DNA from: Minisyncoccota bacterium
Lineage (GTDB): Bacteria > Patescibacteriota > Minisyncoccia > Phycocordibacterales > UBA9973
DNA: 64,000 nt
Assembly (NCBI GenBank): GCA_041659845.1
Contig: JBAZXM010000002.1
Span: forward strand, 4-64,003
Direction: 5' to 3'
Below, piece after piece: positions 48,228-58,517 of the stretch; the first letter of the stretch is position 1; every line of letters begins with the position of its first letter. A program made the position numbers and the translations under genes. Under the pieces are notes generated by a model. The model ran no database searches. It saw nothing but the letters and a program-made list of their open reading frames with translations, and was not told the origin of the DNA.

Positions 48228-49640
48228 ATGACAGAGCGAACTTATATTAAAGATTTATCTGCTAAAAAAGACGAGGAAGTCTCTATTTCCGGCTGGGTCA
48301 ATGTCCGTCGTGATCAGGGGAAATTGATTTTTCTTGATTTTCGAGATATGTCGGGCCTAGTGCAGGGTGTCGTTTTGCCGAATCATACGGAAGCGATGGA
48401 AGTAGCAAAGACTCTCCGCACAGAGTGGGTGGTGGAAGTGGAAGGTATCGTTAATGCTCGCCCAGAGAAAAATGTGCAGGCTGATAGGCAGAACGGCACC
48501 ATTGAGCTTGAGATTACATCTATTAAAGTATTAAACGAAGCTGAAACTCCGGTTTTTGATATTACTACTGATACTCGCGAAGTCGGTGAAGAAGTGCGAT
48601 TAAAATATCGTTACCTTGATCTTCGAAGCGAACGCATGCAGAAGAATCTCCGCATGCGTCATAAGATGATCAAGCTCATTCGTGATTTCTTAGACAAAGA
48701 AAATTTCATTGAAGTTGAAACTCCGATTCTTACCAAATCTACTCCTGAAGGCGCACGCGACTATGTCGTGCCCTCACGTCTCTATAAAGGTAAATTCTAT
48801 GCGCTTCCGCAGTCTCCTCAGCAATACAAACAGCTATTGATGGCTTCCGGCGCAGAGCGATACTTCCAAGTAGCACGCTGTATGCGTGATGAAGATACTC
48901 GTGGCGATCGCCAGCCGGAATTTACTCAGATTGATATGGAAATGAGTTTTGTGAAGCAAGAAGACGTCATGGCGGTGAATGAAAAGCTTTTGATTGATAT
49001 AGTGCAGACGCTCTATCCTGAAAAAAAGATTCAACAAATTCCATTCCCAAGAATCACATATAAAGACGCGATGGAAAAATACGGCAATGACCGCCCGGAT
49101 ATCCGCGAGGACAAGAATGATCCGAATCTGCTCGCATTCTGCTGGGTAATCGCTTTCCCATTCTTTGAAAGGACTGATACGTCGGACAATCCTGATACTC
49201 ACGGCGAATGGACATTCACTCACAATCCTTTTTCCGCACCGAAAGAAGAGCATATGGAATGGCTCATGAATAAGGAAAATCTCGGAGAAATTTTAACCAC
49301 GCAATACGATATTGCTCTCAATGGTTATGAAATAGGCGGGGGAAGTATTCGTAATCACCGTCCTGAAGCGCTTAAAAAAGTTTTTGAAATCATCGGGCAT
49401 AAGGAAGAAGATATTGAAAAGAATTTCGGCCACATGCTTCACGCGCTCGCTTCGGGTACGCCTCCTCACGGAGGAATCGCTTGGGGTTTTGATCGTTTGC
49501 TTATGTTACTACAAGGCGAGCCGAATATCCGTGAGGTGATCCCATTCCCGAAGACTGGCGAAGGCAAGGATCTGATGATGGAATCTCCATCTGAAATTTC
49601 CGAAGCGCAGATGAAAGAGCTTGGTATTAAGATTATTTAA
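48228..49640 (+). CDS. aspS: aspartyl-tRNA synthetase, short form lacking the GAD insertion
   Basis: N-terminal OB fold, motif 2 FQVARCMRDEDTRGDRQPEFTQIDMEM and motif 3 GGGSIR. 470 aa. Confidence 0.8.
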   Translation: MTERTYIKDLSAKKDEEVSISGWVNVRRDQGKLIFLDFRDMSGLVQGVVLPNHTEAMEVAKTLRTEWVVEVEGIVNARPEKNVQADRQNGTIELEITSIKVLNEAETPVFDITTDTREVGEEVRLKYRYLDLRSERMQKNLRMRHKMIKLIRDFLDKENFIEVETPILTKSTPEGARDYVVPSRLYKGKFYALPQSPQQYKQLLMASGAERYFQVARCMRDEDTRGDRQPEFTQIDMEMSFVKQEDVMAVNEKLLIDIVQTLYPEKKIQQIPFPRITYKDAMEKYGNDRPDIREDKNDPNLLAFCWVIAFPFFERTDTSDNPDTHGEWTFTHNPFSAPKEEHMEWLMNKENLGEILTTQYDIALNGYEIGGGSIRNHRPEALKKVFEIIGHKEEDIEKNFGHMLHALASGTPPHGGIAWGFDRLLMLLQGEPNIREVIPFPKTGEGKDLMMESPSEISEAQMKELGIKII

Positions 49641-49650
49641 TAAGAAAGAT

Positions 49651-49684
49651 AAAAACTCCGAAATTGTTCGGAGTTTTTGTTTTA
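49651..49684 (+). terminator. rho-independent terminator after aspS
   Basis: AAAAACTCCGAA-attg-TTCGGAGTTTTTGTTTT. Confidence 0.7.
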
Positions 49685-49927
49685 TAAATATTCTATAAAT
49701 ATTAAACAAACCACTGTTAAAATAATAATGGCTCCAGCGAATATGATTTTGTTTCTCAAATTTTCGTCAGATTTTATCTTCTCAACTTTCCTATCTATCC
49801 ATTTCATGACACTTGTTTTTTTATTTAAGCTCTAGTGTTAAGAACACTGTCAGCTAATATAATACCACGCATTCTAAAAGAGGTAAATTCATATTTTTCC
49901 AACAATACGTTAGAATATGAGTAATAA

Positions 49928-50695
49928 ATGGAATCAATCGAAACAATAGAATACAAAGTCAAAACCTCAGTTTTTGAAGGGCCGTTGGAACTTCTGCTTG
50001 ATTTGATTGAGAGGAGAAAGCTTTTCGTGAATGATGTTTCGCTCGCACAGGTAACAGAGGATTACATCAATCACATAAAAACAATGAATGATGGCGCAAA
50101 TATGAGCGACATCACTAGCTTCATCGTTGTCGCAGCTACGCTTATTTTAATCAAATCCAAGTCACTCCTGCCAAATATTAATCTGACTGAAGATGAGGAG
50201 AGTCAAATCACAAATTTAGAAGATCGTTTGCGCTTGTATCAGATTATCCGCGATGCGACTGTCGGTATTAAAGAGCGTTTTGGTAAACAAATTATTTTTG
50301 AAGGTGGTGCGCTTGTAAACAACCAGCCGATATGGAGCCCGGATTCCGCTATAACTACGCCTCGTATGCATCAGGCAATTAACGATGTTTTAAATTCAAT
50401 TCCGAAAAAGGAATTTTTACCGAAGGTGAATATGAAAAAGGTGGTGAGTATCGAAGAGATGATAGATAGCCTCACAGCACGCATCCAAGCTGGCATAAAG
50501 ATGAGCTTTAAAGAATTCTCTCGCTCTAAAGATGCAGAGACTATAAAAGAGCAAAAAGTCTATGTAATTGTCGGTTTTCTTGCTATGCTGGAGCTTATCA
50601 GAGAAGGGATTTTAGAAGCAGTGCAGAATGACAATTTTTCAGATATTGAAATTGAGAAGAGGGTAATTGACGAAACGCTACCAGAAGCAGAATGA
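49928..50695 (+). CDS. scpA: segregation and condensation protein A
   Basis: FEGPLELLLDLIERRKLFVNDVSLAQVTEDY.. is the ScpA signature. Confidence 0.8.
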   Translation: MESIETIEYKVKTSVFEGPLELLLDLIERRKLFVNDVSLAQVTEDYINHIKTMNDGANMSDITSFIVVAATLILIKSKSLLPNINLTEDEESQITNLEDRLRLYQIIRDATVGIKERFGKQIIFEGGALVNNQPIWSPDSAITTPRMHQAINDVLNSIPKKEFLPKVNMKKVVSIEEMIDSLTARIQAGIKMSFKEFSRSKDAETIKEQKVYVIVGFLAMLELIREGILEAVQNDNFSDIEIEKRVIDETLPEAE

Positions 50696-50805
50696 TGTAA
50701 TTTCTCGAGGTCCTCGGGTCGCCCGCGCGGTTTTTTTGAGAAGTGCGGGCTCGACCAGACCGTCTCGAAATCACATCATCCTGCTTCTGGGTAATCAAAT
50801 TTTTT

Positions 50806-51357
50806 ATGAACTTAGACGCAAAAATTGAAGGACTTTTATTTTTTAAAGGTGAACCGATTTCTCGAAAAGAGCTCGGCAAGCTTTTGAAAGCGAACATGAG
50901 CGAAATAAACGACGCTCTCGCTTTGCTTACCGAAAAATTAAATGACCGCGGCCTCACGCTTGTGTTTAAAGAAGACGACGTCATACTCGGCACTAATTCG
51001 GAACTTTCTACATTGATTGAAGACCTTCGAAAAGAAGAAATTAACAAAGAGCTTTCAAAGGCAAGCTTGGAAACGATTGCGATAATACTATATAAAGAGT
51101 TTGTGACCAGAAGCGAGATTGACTACATTCGCGGAGTAAATTCCAGCTTCATTTTGCGTAATCTTTTGATTCGCGGATTAATTGAAAAAGTTAACCATCC
51201 GGAAGATAATCGTAAATTCGCGTACAAGCCAAGCTTTGAACTTTTACAATTCATGGGCGTTTCTAAGATTGAAGATTTGCCTGATTTTGAATCAATCAAG
51301 CAAACGCTTGCGAAAAATATCTCTGAACAATCAGAGGGCGATGAGGAAATAAAATAA
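50806..51357 (+). CDS. scpB: segregation and condensation protein B
   Basis: MNLDAKIEGLLFFKGEPISRKELGKLL.. with two wHTH repeats. The start is chosen at an internal Met of the longer ORF. Confidence 0.75.
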   Translation: MNLDAKIEGLLFFKGEPISRKELGKLLKANMSEINDALALLTEKLNDRGLTLVFKEDDVILGTNSELSTLIEDLRKEEINKELSKASLETIAIILYKEFVTRSEIDYIRGVNSSFILRNLLIRGLIEKVNHPEDNRKFAYKPSFELLQFMGVSKIEDLPDFESIKQTLAKNISEQSEGDEEIK

Positions 51358-51358
51358 T

Positions 51359-52363
51359 ATGGCACGAAAACAAAAGCTCGATGTTAATAAGCTCGTTTTC
51401 TCTTACGCGAAGAATGTGAAAAAAACTTTGCGTGCAGATACGAAAAAGTGGAAGACTCTCCGCGGGGATCTTCTATTTATACTTATTTTATCTGTAACAC
51501 TCTCTGCTTTTTATTTTATCCAGGCTCATTTGGTATTGGCTAAAGAGCGTGCTCTTGTCGTAGAACAGATTAAAGAAGCGTCACAGCGCGCAGCTTTTTT
51601 CAAAGATATGAATCTACAGGCAAAGGCTGTGTATGTGTTTGATATTACAGAACAAAAAGAAATTTTTATGTTACGAGCGGATGATCCGCTTCCACTCGCA
51701 TCTATTACGAAGGTCATGACTGCTCTTATTGCTCTCGATACTGCAGGCAGGGATGCAATGGTAACTATCTCAGATGCATCACTCAAAGCAGAAGGTAATA
51801 GCGGGCTTTTAATTAATGAAAAATGGAAACTTGCCAATCTGCTCAAGCTCACACTCGTTTCTTCATCAAATGATGGCGCAGAAGCGGTTGCGCAATCTGT
51901 GCAAGTAGAAAATAGAAATTTTACATATATTATGAACAAAAAAGCTCGCGAGCTCGGTCTTTCTCAGACTCATTTTGAAAATTCGACTGGGCTTGATCTC
52001 GACCAAGCGTACGCAGGCGCTCATGGTTCCGCTCGTGATATGGCGTACCTGCTCGCATATAGTTACCAGAAGTATCCTGATATTTTCAGAGTTACCGCAT
52101 CTTCTGCTATAACAGTCGCTTCGGCTTACAATTTCAACCACACAGTGAAAAATACAAATACTTTTACTTCAGATATTAGGAATCTGCGCGCATCAAAGAC
52201 CGGCTTCACGGATCTTGCCGGGGGGAATCTAGTAATTATCACTGAGCCATCTCCTGGGCATTTGGTCGCAATTGCGGTGCTTGGTTCTACTTATGATGGC
52301 AGATTTCAGGATATTAAAATTCTTGCGGAAAGAGCTGAAAAGTATATACTACGCTTATTATGA
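51359..52363 (+). CDS. D-alanyl-D-alanine carboxypeptidase (peptidase S11, PBP5/6-like)
   Basis: SxxK (ASITKVMTAL), SxN (SSN) and KTG (KTGFT) motifs. N-terminal TM. Confidence 0.75.
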   Translation: MARKQKLDVNKLVFSYAKNVKKTLRADTKKWKTLRGDLLFILILSVTLSAFYFIQAHLVLAKERALVVEQIKEASQRAAFFKDMNLQAKAVYVFDITEQKEIFMLRADDPLPLASITKVMTALIALDTAGRDAMVTISDASLKAEGNSGLLINEKWKLANLLKLTLVSSSNDGAEAVAQSVQVENRNFTYIMNKKARELGLSQTHFENSTGLDLDQAYAGAHGSARDMAYLLAYSYQKYPDIFRVTASSAITVASAYNFNHTVKNTNTFTSDIRNLRASKTGFTDLAGGNLVIITEPSPGHLVAIAVLGSTYDGRFQDIKILAERAEKYILRLL

Positions 52364-53421
52364 CCATAGATGTCGTCAAAGTTTTTCTCCCCGCCATTCT
52401 CGCATTCTTCATCGGTATTGGCATCACGCCGATTCTTTCGCATTACTTTTTTAAATATAAACTTTGGAAAAAATCTTCTCGCAGTACGAACAATATAGAT
52501 GTTATCTCTGAAGATTTTAAAAAAATTCACAACGAAGAAGGGGAGCTTGGTACTCCGCGCGTAGGCGGTATGCTTATCTGGCTCTCAGCGCTTCTTACAA
52601 TTTCCGCACTTTTTATACTTTTTGTTTTATTTCCGAATTCAATCACAGGTAAGCTTGAATTTGTAAGCCGCAACCAGACACTCATTCCTATCGTGGCATT
52701 TATTCTAGCCGCATTGATAGGCCTTGTGGATGATTTACTGCAAGTTTCAGGGCGCGGTGTATATGCGCGCGATGGTGAAGTTTTTCGTTGGATTAAAATC
52801 GGTACTTTGATTGTAATCGGTTTATTTGTTTCTTTTTGGTTTTATTTCAAGCTTGATATGCATTCCATCCATATTCCATTCGGTGGGGAATTAAATTTAG
52901 GGATCTTATTTATTCCATTTTTCATTCTCGTTATGCTTGCAGTATTTTCTTCAAGCGTTATTGACGGCATAGATGGCCTCTCTGGCGGTGTTCTCGCACC
53001 TATTTTCCTCGCATATGCAGGCATCGCATTTTCTAATAATCAGATAGACCTCGCGGCATTCAGCGCAGTGATTGCCGGGGCAACCTTGGCATTCCTTTGG
53101 TTCAATATCCCGCCTGCGCGCTTCTACATGGGGGAGACGGGGATGCTTTCGCTTACTGTGGTACTCGCAGTGATAGCTTTTATGACGAATTCAGTGCTTA
53201 TATTACCGATAGTTGCTATGCCACTTGTACTTACATCTCTTTCAGTTATCCTTCAAATGCTTTCGCGTAAATTCCGCAACAACAAACGCATTTTCAAAAT
53301 CGCGCCACTTCACCACCACTTTGAAGCTATCGGCTGGCCGAAATACAAAGTTACAATGCGCTTTTGGGTTCTCTCAATAGTCTTCGCTCTTGTTGGTATG
53401 GTTCTCTATCTCATCAGTTAG
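52360..53421 (+). CDS. mraY: phospho-N-acetylmuramoyl-pentapeptide transferase MraY
   Basis: 10-TM protein with the DDxxQ-like LVDDLLQ motif and the IDGIDGLSGG motif. Confidence 0.85.
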   Translation: MTIDVVKVFLPAILAFFIGIGITPILSHYFFKYKLWKKSSRSTNNIDVISEDFKKIHNEEGELGTPRVGGMLIWLSALLTISALFILFVLFPNSITGKLEFVSRNQTLIPIVAFILAALIGLVDDLLQVSGRGVYARDGEVFRWIKIGTLIVIGLFVSFWFYFKLDMHSIHIPFGGELNLGILFIPFFILVMLAVFSSSVIDGIDGLSGGVLAPIFLAYAGIAFSNNQIDLAAFSAVIAGATLAFLWFNIPPARFYMGETGMLSLTVVLAVIAFMTNSVLILPIVAMPLVLTSLSVILQMLSRKFRNNKRIFKIAPLHHHFEAIGWPKYKVTMRFWVLSIVFALVGMVLYLIS

Positions 53422-53435
53422 TATATACTGACTAT

Positions 53436-55106
53436 ATGCATTCAAAGAAAATATTTAAAGGTTTACTTACCGCTATTTTTCTGTTTGTTATTTTTCCTAC
53501 TACTATACACGCACTACCATTTCTGCAAGGCAAGGTAGTTGATTATGATGCAACTAATGTAATTGTCTCGTATTCAGATATGAAGACTGAAAAGACTTAT
53601 CATTGCCCTTTTACGACCCTTGTATGCGAGAAGGTGGGCGAGCGTGAAATTCCTCCTCCTAGTATTGAAAAGGTGGCAACTCCCACACCACCCACAGCTA
53701 CTACAATAACTCCAAAGCCATCAATCGGCATACTCCAAGCCTATTCATCGAGTGGACGCTACACAGCAGCTTATAGCGGTATTCACCCTACGAAAAAGAC
53801 TCGATCGTTTAAATTATTAGATACTTCAACAAATACTTCGTATGACTTTGGTAAATCAACATCTAAAAGCACTTGGGATCTAATGCGAGAAGGAAATCGT
53901 CTTATTTCATTTGCGCCGAGTGAAAAGTTTTTTGTTTATATGGATGATCGTTCCGGCTTCCAGACTTTGTATAAAGTTAGTTTGCCAATTCAAGATAAAG
54001 TTACAGAAACACAGCTAATCAGTAAAAAGTATACAGTTACTGATTTCATAGTCTGGGATGACAATACTATTTTCTTTACCGCGAACAGAGAAGCGCCTTA
54101 TGAATGGAATCTTTATAAATATGATATTGAAAAAGAGACTGTAAAAAAGGTTATTGGAAATGTTTCCTACGGACCTTCGCTTCTCCGCGTACACGACATG
54201 CTCATGTTTAGTGTTATTCATAGTACACAGGCGGATCCAACTTTCTATGATCCAGCGACAAATAAAATCCGTGAGCTTTCTCTCGTCCAAGCATCTAATG
54301 CTCCGATAAATCAAAAGGCGGTAAAAATCGGATCAGTTTCCGGAGTGTTGATGCCCTCAGGTGTTGCGAAATCGCACCCTTTAATCATCTGGCTCCATGG
54401 CGGACCGTACAGGCAGACGAGCCTAGGCTATCATTCTTTTGTAAACTACAACCGTTTTGAATATATTTTACAAGAAGCGCAGAGTGCCGGCGCGAGCGTG
54501 CTCAAGCTTGATTACAGCGGAAGCTTCGGCTATGGCAGAGCATTTTCTGAAAATTTATATAAAAACGTCGGCATGAGCGATGTCTCCGGTGTGAAAAATG
54601 CGATTGATTATATGAAGAAGCCTGCCCGACCAGATAATCCTTTGGGCGGGAAAGAAAAGATTAATAAAGTTTATGTAATGGGCAATAGTTATGGCGGGTA
54701 CCTGGCTATGCGCTCGCTCGTTGCGTACCCGGGAACTATTAATGGCGCAATAACTATCAGTGGCGTCTCTGATTGGAAAAAACTTCTTGATGACCTTCAG
54801 ACTTCAATTTTCAATGCATTGTTCGATGGCCGTCCTTTGAAGAAAAATCCTACTATCTACAACAATGCATCAATAGTCAATCGCCTCAGCCGTCTTAAAG
54901 GCCAGAAGATCATGATAGTTCACGGCGTAGAAGACAAAACAATCCCACTCGAGCAATCAGCCCTGCTCTACGAAGCAACTAAAAACTCCACCCTAATCAC
55001 ATACCCCCTCGAAGACCATGTTTTCGTACAAGAATCGACCATTCTCGATTTGTGTAAGAAAACGATTGAGTTTGTTGGATTATCTGTAGGTGGTAGGTGC
55101 AAATAG
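53436..55106 (+). CDS. secreted peptidase S9 family protein (prolyl oligopeptidase/dipeptidyl-peptidase-like)
   Basis: Signal peptide and a C-terminal alpha/beta hydrolase domain with the nucleophile elbow VMGNSYGGYLAM. Confidence 0.65.
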   Translation: MHSKKIFKGLLTAIFLFVIFPTTIHALPFLQGKVVDYDATNVIVSYSDMKTEKTYHCPFTTLVCEKVGEREIPPPSIEKVATPTPPTATTITPKPSIGILQAYSSSGRYTAAYSGIHPTKKTRSFKLLDTSTNTSYDFGKSTSKSTWDLMREGNRLISFAPSEKFFVYMDDRSGFQTLYKVSLPIQDKVTETQLISKKYTVTDFIVWDDNTIFFTANREAPYEWNLYKYDIEKETVKKVIGNVSYGPSLLRVHDMLMFSVIHSTQADPTFYDPATNKIRELSLVQASNAPINQKAVKIGSVSGVLMPSGVAKSHPLIIWLHGGPYRQTSLGYHSFVNYNRFEYILQEAQSAGASVLKLDYSGSFGYGRAFSENLYKNVGMSDVSGVKNAIDYMKKPARPDNPLGGKEKINKVYVMGNSYGGYLAMRSLVAYPGTINGAITISGVSDWKKLLDDLQTSIFNALFDGRPLKKNPTIYNNASIVNRLSRLKGQKIMIVHGVEDKTIPLEQSALLYEATKNSTLITYPLEDHVFVQESTILDLCKKTIEFVGLSVGGRCK

Positions 55107-55144
55107 GGTTTGGAAAAAGCCTGAAAATATGAGAGAATTCGAGA

Positions 55145-57865
55145 ATGATAAGCCTAAATGAAATTAGAAATCGTTCAGTTACTTTTGCTCATGAGTGGGA
55201 GCGCGAAGTTAATGAAGACGCAGAAGCTAAGAGTTTTTGGGATGATTTTTTTAATGTTTTTGGGATGTCTAGACGCCGTGTTGCTTCTTTTGAATATCAA
55301 GTAAAGAAACAAGATGGTTCACAGGGTTATATTGATGTTTTATGGAAGGGTGTAATGCTTGCGGAGCACAAATCTCGTGGCAAAAGTCTAGACAAAGCAT
55401 ATTCTCAGGCTAAAGGGTATTTTCCAGGATTAAAAGATGAAGAATTACCTAGATATATAGTTGTCTCTGATTTCGAAAAAATTCGTCTATACGATTCAGA
55501 AAAAGACACCCAAGAAGAGTTTTTACTCAAAGATCTGCATAAGCACATAGATCTTTTTAATTTTATTTCTGGATATACATCTGTAAATTATGAAAAAGAA
55601 GAAGAAGCAAGTATTAAAGCAGCACAACTCATGGCTGATTTTCATAATGAAATTGCAAAAACAGGATACAGTGGCCATGATCTAGAAGTTTTCCTTATTC
55701 GTATTTTATTTTGTTTATTTGCTGATGACACAGGAATTTTTCCTAAAAATCATTTTCGTACTTACATAGAAAAAAGAATAAACCAAGATGGTTCTGATCT
55801 TGGCATAAAACTTTTAGAAATTTTTCATGTTCTTAATACCCCCAGAGAAAAAAGGCAAACAAACTTAGATGAACAACTAATGGCATTTGATTATATTGAT
55901 GGAGGTGTTTTTAAAGAACAAATTGCATCTATATCACTTGACGCTACTGCGTATTTAAAATTATTAAAATGCTGCAGTTTTAACTGGTCTCAAATATCAG
56001 TATCTATTTTCGGATCCTTGTTTCAGGGAGTAATGGAGGAAAAAGAAAGAAGACAGTTAGGAGCACACTATACTTCTGAGAAAAATATTATTAAAGTTAT
56101 TCAACCACTTTTTCTTGATGAACTATATGTTGAATTTGACAGAGTTAAATACGACAAGAAAAAACTCGATATATTTCATGAAAAATTATCAAAATTGAAC
56201 TTTTTAGATCCAGCTTGTGGGTGTGGAAATTTCTTAGTTATTGCTTACAGAGAACTTCGCAAGCTTGAAATTGAAATCTTACTTAAAAAAAGAACAAAAA
56301 AAGATGCAAGTATGAGAATGTTTGGAGCTGAAGAACTTTCTATCATAAATGTAAATCAATTTTATGGGATTGAAATAGAAGAATTTCCTGTTCTTGTTGC
56401 ACGTGTAGCGATGTACTTAGTTGACCATCAGATGAATCAATTACTTTCAGAAAAATTTGGGGTTATTTACGCGCGTATTCCACTTCGTGAACCAGCTACC
56501 ATTGTACACGCTGATGCTCTCACTACTGACTGGGAAAGTGTTGTCCCAAAAAATGATCTATCTTATATCCTAGGTAATCCACCATTTGTGGGTGCTCGTC
56601 TCATGGGAAAGGAACAGAAAAAAAATTTTTTGAGGATTTTTGATAATATGAAGGGTGCCGGAAATCTTGATTTTGTAACAGCATGGTATGAAAAAGCATC
56701 AAGATATATGGAAAATACACATATTAAAACTGCCTTTGTTTCTACTAATAGCATTTGCCAAGGTGAGCAAGTTGCTATTTTATGGAAAAGATTAAAAGAA
56801 AAATATCATGTAAGTATTCATTTTGCGCACCAAACATTTAAGTGGAGTAATGATGCTCCAGGAGTGGCTGCAGTTTATTGTATTATTGTCGGGTTTGCCC
56901 ACGAAGATTCTTTAAAAAATTATTTATATGAATACGAAACAGTAAGAAGTGAACCTAAAGAAAAGCAAGTCGCACATATTAATGGTTATTTAGTAGCAGG
57001 GGATGACATATTTATTGAAAATAGAACTGAGTCAATTTCCAATGCACCAAAAATTAATTATGGAAGTTTTGCTCTAGATGATGGAAATTATACTCTATCA
57101 GAATCAGATAAAGATGAAATAATTGAGTCTAGTTCTTTAGCAGAAAAATATATACGGCCATTTATTGGTGGAAGAGAATTGCTTCATAACGAGAAAAGAT
57201 ATTGTTTATGGTTAAAAGGTGCTGACCCAACGGAATTAAAAAAAATTCCGAAAATAATCGAGCGAATAGAAAAAGTAAAGATATGGAGGCAGAATAGTGA
57301 AAGAAAAAATACAGTTGAATTAGCAAGAACTCCAACTCTTTTTGCTGAGATAAGACAGCCTGAAACTTCTTATATTGCTTTTCCCACAGTTTCATCAGAA
57401 AATAGAGACTATATTCCTATTGCCTACTTAGATAAAAATATAATTGCCTCAAATCAAGTTTATGTCATTCCTAACGCTACCCTTTTTGATTTTGGTATTT
57501 TAGAATCAGTAATGCATATGACATGGGTATTCTATGTTTGTGGTAAATTAGAAAGTCGTTTTCGATATTCTAGTAAATTAGTTTATAATAACTTTCCTTG
57601 GCCAGAAAGAATTTCTGATGAGCAAAATAAGAAAGTTGAAGTTTGTGCACAAGGAGTTCTTGATGCACGCCTAAAGTTTACTCATAGCTCACTCGCTGAT
57701 TTATATGATCCTAATACAATGCCTCCTGAGCTTGTAAAAGCACACGAAAACCTTGACATAGCAGTAGATGCTTGTTATGGAAAGAAATTTAAAAACAAAG
57801 AAGAAAGAATTGAGTTTTTGTTTGAGTTGTATAAGAGGTATACTAAAACGACATGGCAAGAGTAA
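55145..57865 (+). CDS. MmeI-family Type IIL restriction-modification enzyme (single-chain endonuclease plus N6-adenine methyltransferase, with a target-recognition region)
   Basis: N-terminus MISLNEIRNRSVTFAHEWERE..AKSFWDDFFNVFG; PD-(D/E)xK motif YIDVLWKGVMLAEHKSRGKSL (D..ExK); methyltransferase motif I LDPACGCGNFL and motif IV ILGNPPFVGA. 906 aa. Confidence 0.7.
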   Translation: MISLNEIRNRSVTFAHEWEREVNEDAEAKSFWDDFFNVFGMSRRRVASFEYQVKKQDGSQGYIDVLWKGVMLAEHKSRGKSLDKAYSQAKGYFPGLKDEELPRYIVVSDFEKIRLYDSEKDTQEEFLLKDLHKHIDLFNFISGYTSVNYEKEEEASIKAAQLMADFHNEIAKTGYSGHDLEVFLIRILFCLFADDTGIFPKNHFRTYIEKRINQDGSDLGIKLLEIFHVLNTPREKRQTNLDEQLMAFDYIDGGVFKEQIASISLDATAYLKLLKCCSFNWSQISVSIFGSLFQGVMEEKERRQLGAHYTSEKNIIKVIQPLFLDELYVEFDRVKYDKKKLDIFHEKLSKLNFLDPACGCGNFLVIAYRELRKLEIEILLKKRTKKDASMRMFGAEELSIINVNQFYGIEIEEFPVLVARVAMYLVDHQMNQLLSEKFGVIYARIPLREPATIVHADALTTDWESVVPKNDLSYILGNPPFVGARLMGKEQKKNFLRIFDNMKGAGNLDFVTAWYEKASRYMENTHIKTAFVSTNSICQGEQVAILWKRLKEKYHVSIHFAHQTFKWSNDAPGVAAVYCIIVGFAHEDSLKNYLYEYETVRSEPKEKQVAHINGYLVAGDDIFIENRTESISNAPKINYGSFALDDGNYTLSESDKDEIIESSSLAEKYIRPFIGGRELLHNEKRYCLWLKGADPTELKKIPKIIERIEKVKIWRQNSERKNTVELARTPTLFAEIRQPETSYIAFPTVSSENRDYIPIAYLDKNIIASNQVYVIPNATLFDFGILESVMHMTWVFYVCGKLESRFRYSSKLVYNNFPWPERISDEQNKKVEVCAQGVLDARLKFTHSSLADLYDPNTMPPELVKAHENLDIAVDACYGKKFKNKEERIEFLFELYKRYTKTTWQE

Positions 57866-58071
57866 ATTTTGATTCAATTTTTATAATACATCCAGATGGA
57901 AGTCTTGAACCACGACAGCGTGTTCGTGTTGGCGGTGTTGAATTTGGACCAGGGGTAAGATTCCAAAATACTAGCTTTGGTGGTATTAATTTTCACGATC
58001 CACAATTTTTTAATAAAGACTTAGAAATTAAAACAGACAATGATACAACAGCTATAACTGGAGTTTATTAA
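57853..58071 (+). CDS. hypothetical small protein
   Basis: 72-aa ORF that overlaps the end of the RM gene. Weak support. Confidence 0.25.
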   Translation: MARVNFDSIFIIHPDGSLEPRQRVRVGGVEFGPGVRFQNTSFGGINFHDPQFFNKDLEIKTDNDTTAITGVY

Positions 58072-58074
58072 ATC

Positions 58075-58374
58075 ATGATCAATGAAAAACCAAAATATAA
58101 AATATTTGATCCTGTTGCTGATATTGCTAGTAAGTTTGATTTTTATATAAAAATTGTAATAGGTGTACTTGTGGTTGGCTTTATTAGCATGCTTTTAATG
58201 GTTGGAGGAATAATTTTAGATGCATGGCATTTCAACTCTGCGACCTATAGAGAATATTCAAAAAAAACGGAGTCAGTTGAAACTATGCAAAAAATTAATC
58301 AAGAATTACTAGAGCAAAATAAAAGAAATCAAGAAATAATTATTGAATTACAAAAACGACTTTTAAATAAATAA
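58075..58374 (+). CDS. hypothetical small membrane protein
   Basis: 99 aa with one TM (IVIGVLVVGFISMLLMVGGIIL). A terminator follows. Confidence 0.4.
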   Translation: MINEKPKYKIFDPVADIASKFDFYIKIVIGVLVVGFISMLLMVGGIILDAWHFNSATYREYSKKTESVETMQKINQELLEQNKRNQEIIIELQKRLLNK

Positions 58375-58401
58375 AAATACCGCACTTAGTGCGGTATTTT
58401 T
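58373..58401. terminator. rho-independent terminator
   Basis: AAAAATACCGCAC-tta-GTGCGGTATTTTT. Confidence 0.7.
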
Positions 58402-58517
58402 ATGAGCGAGGCATACCTTTCTTGCGCCTTCATAGGATGTTGGTTCTGAAAGTCTGTGTTCTGATTATCTCTTCCCATCAAGCTCTCAATAAGCCAGTAT
58501 CTTTTGCTCAAGAACCT

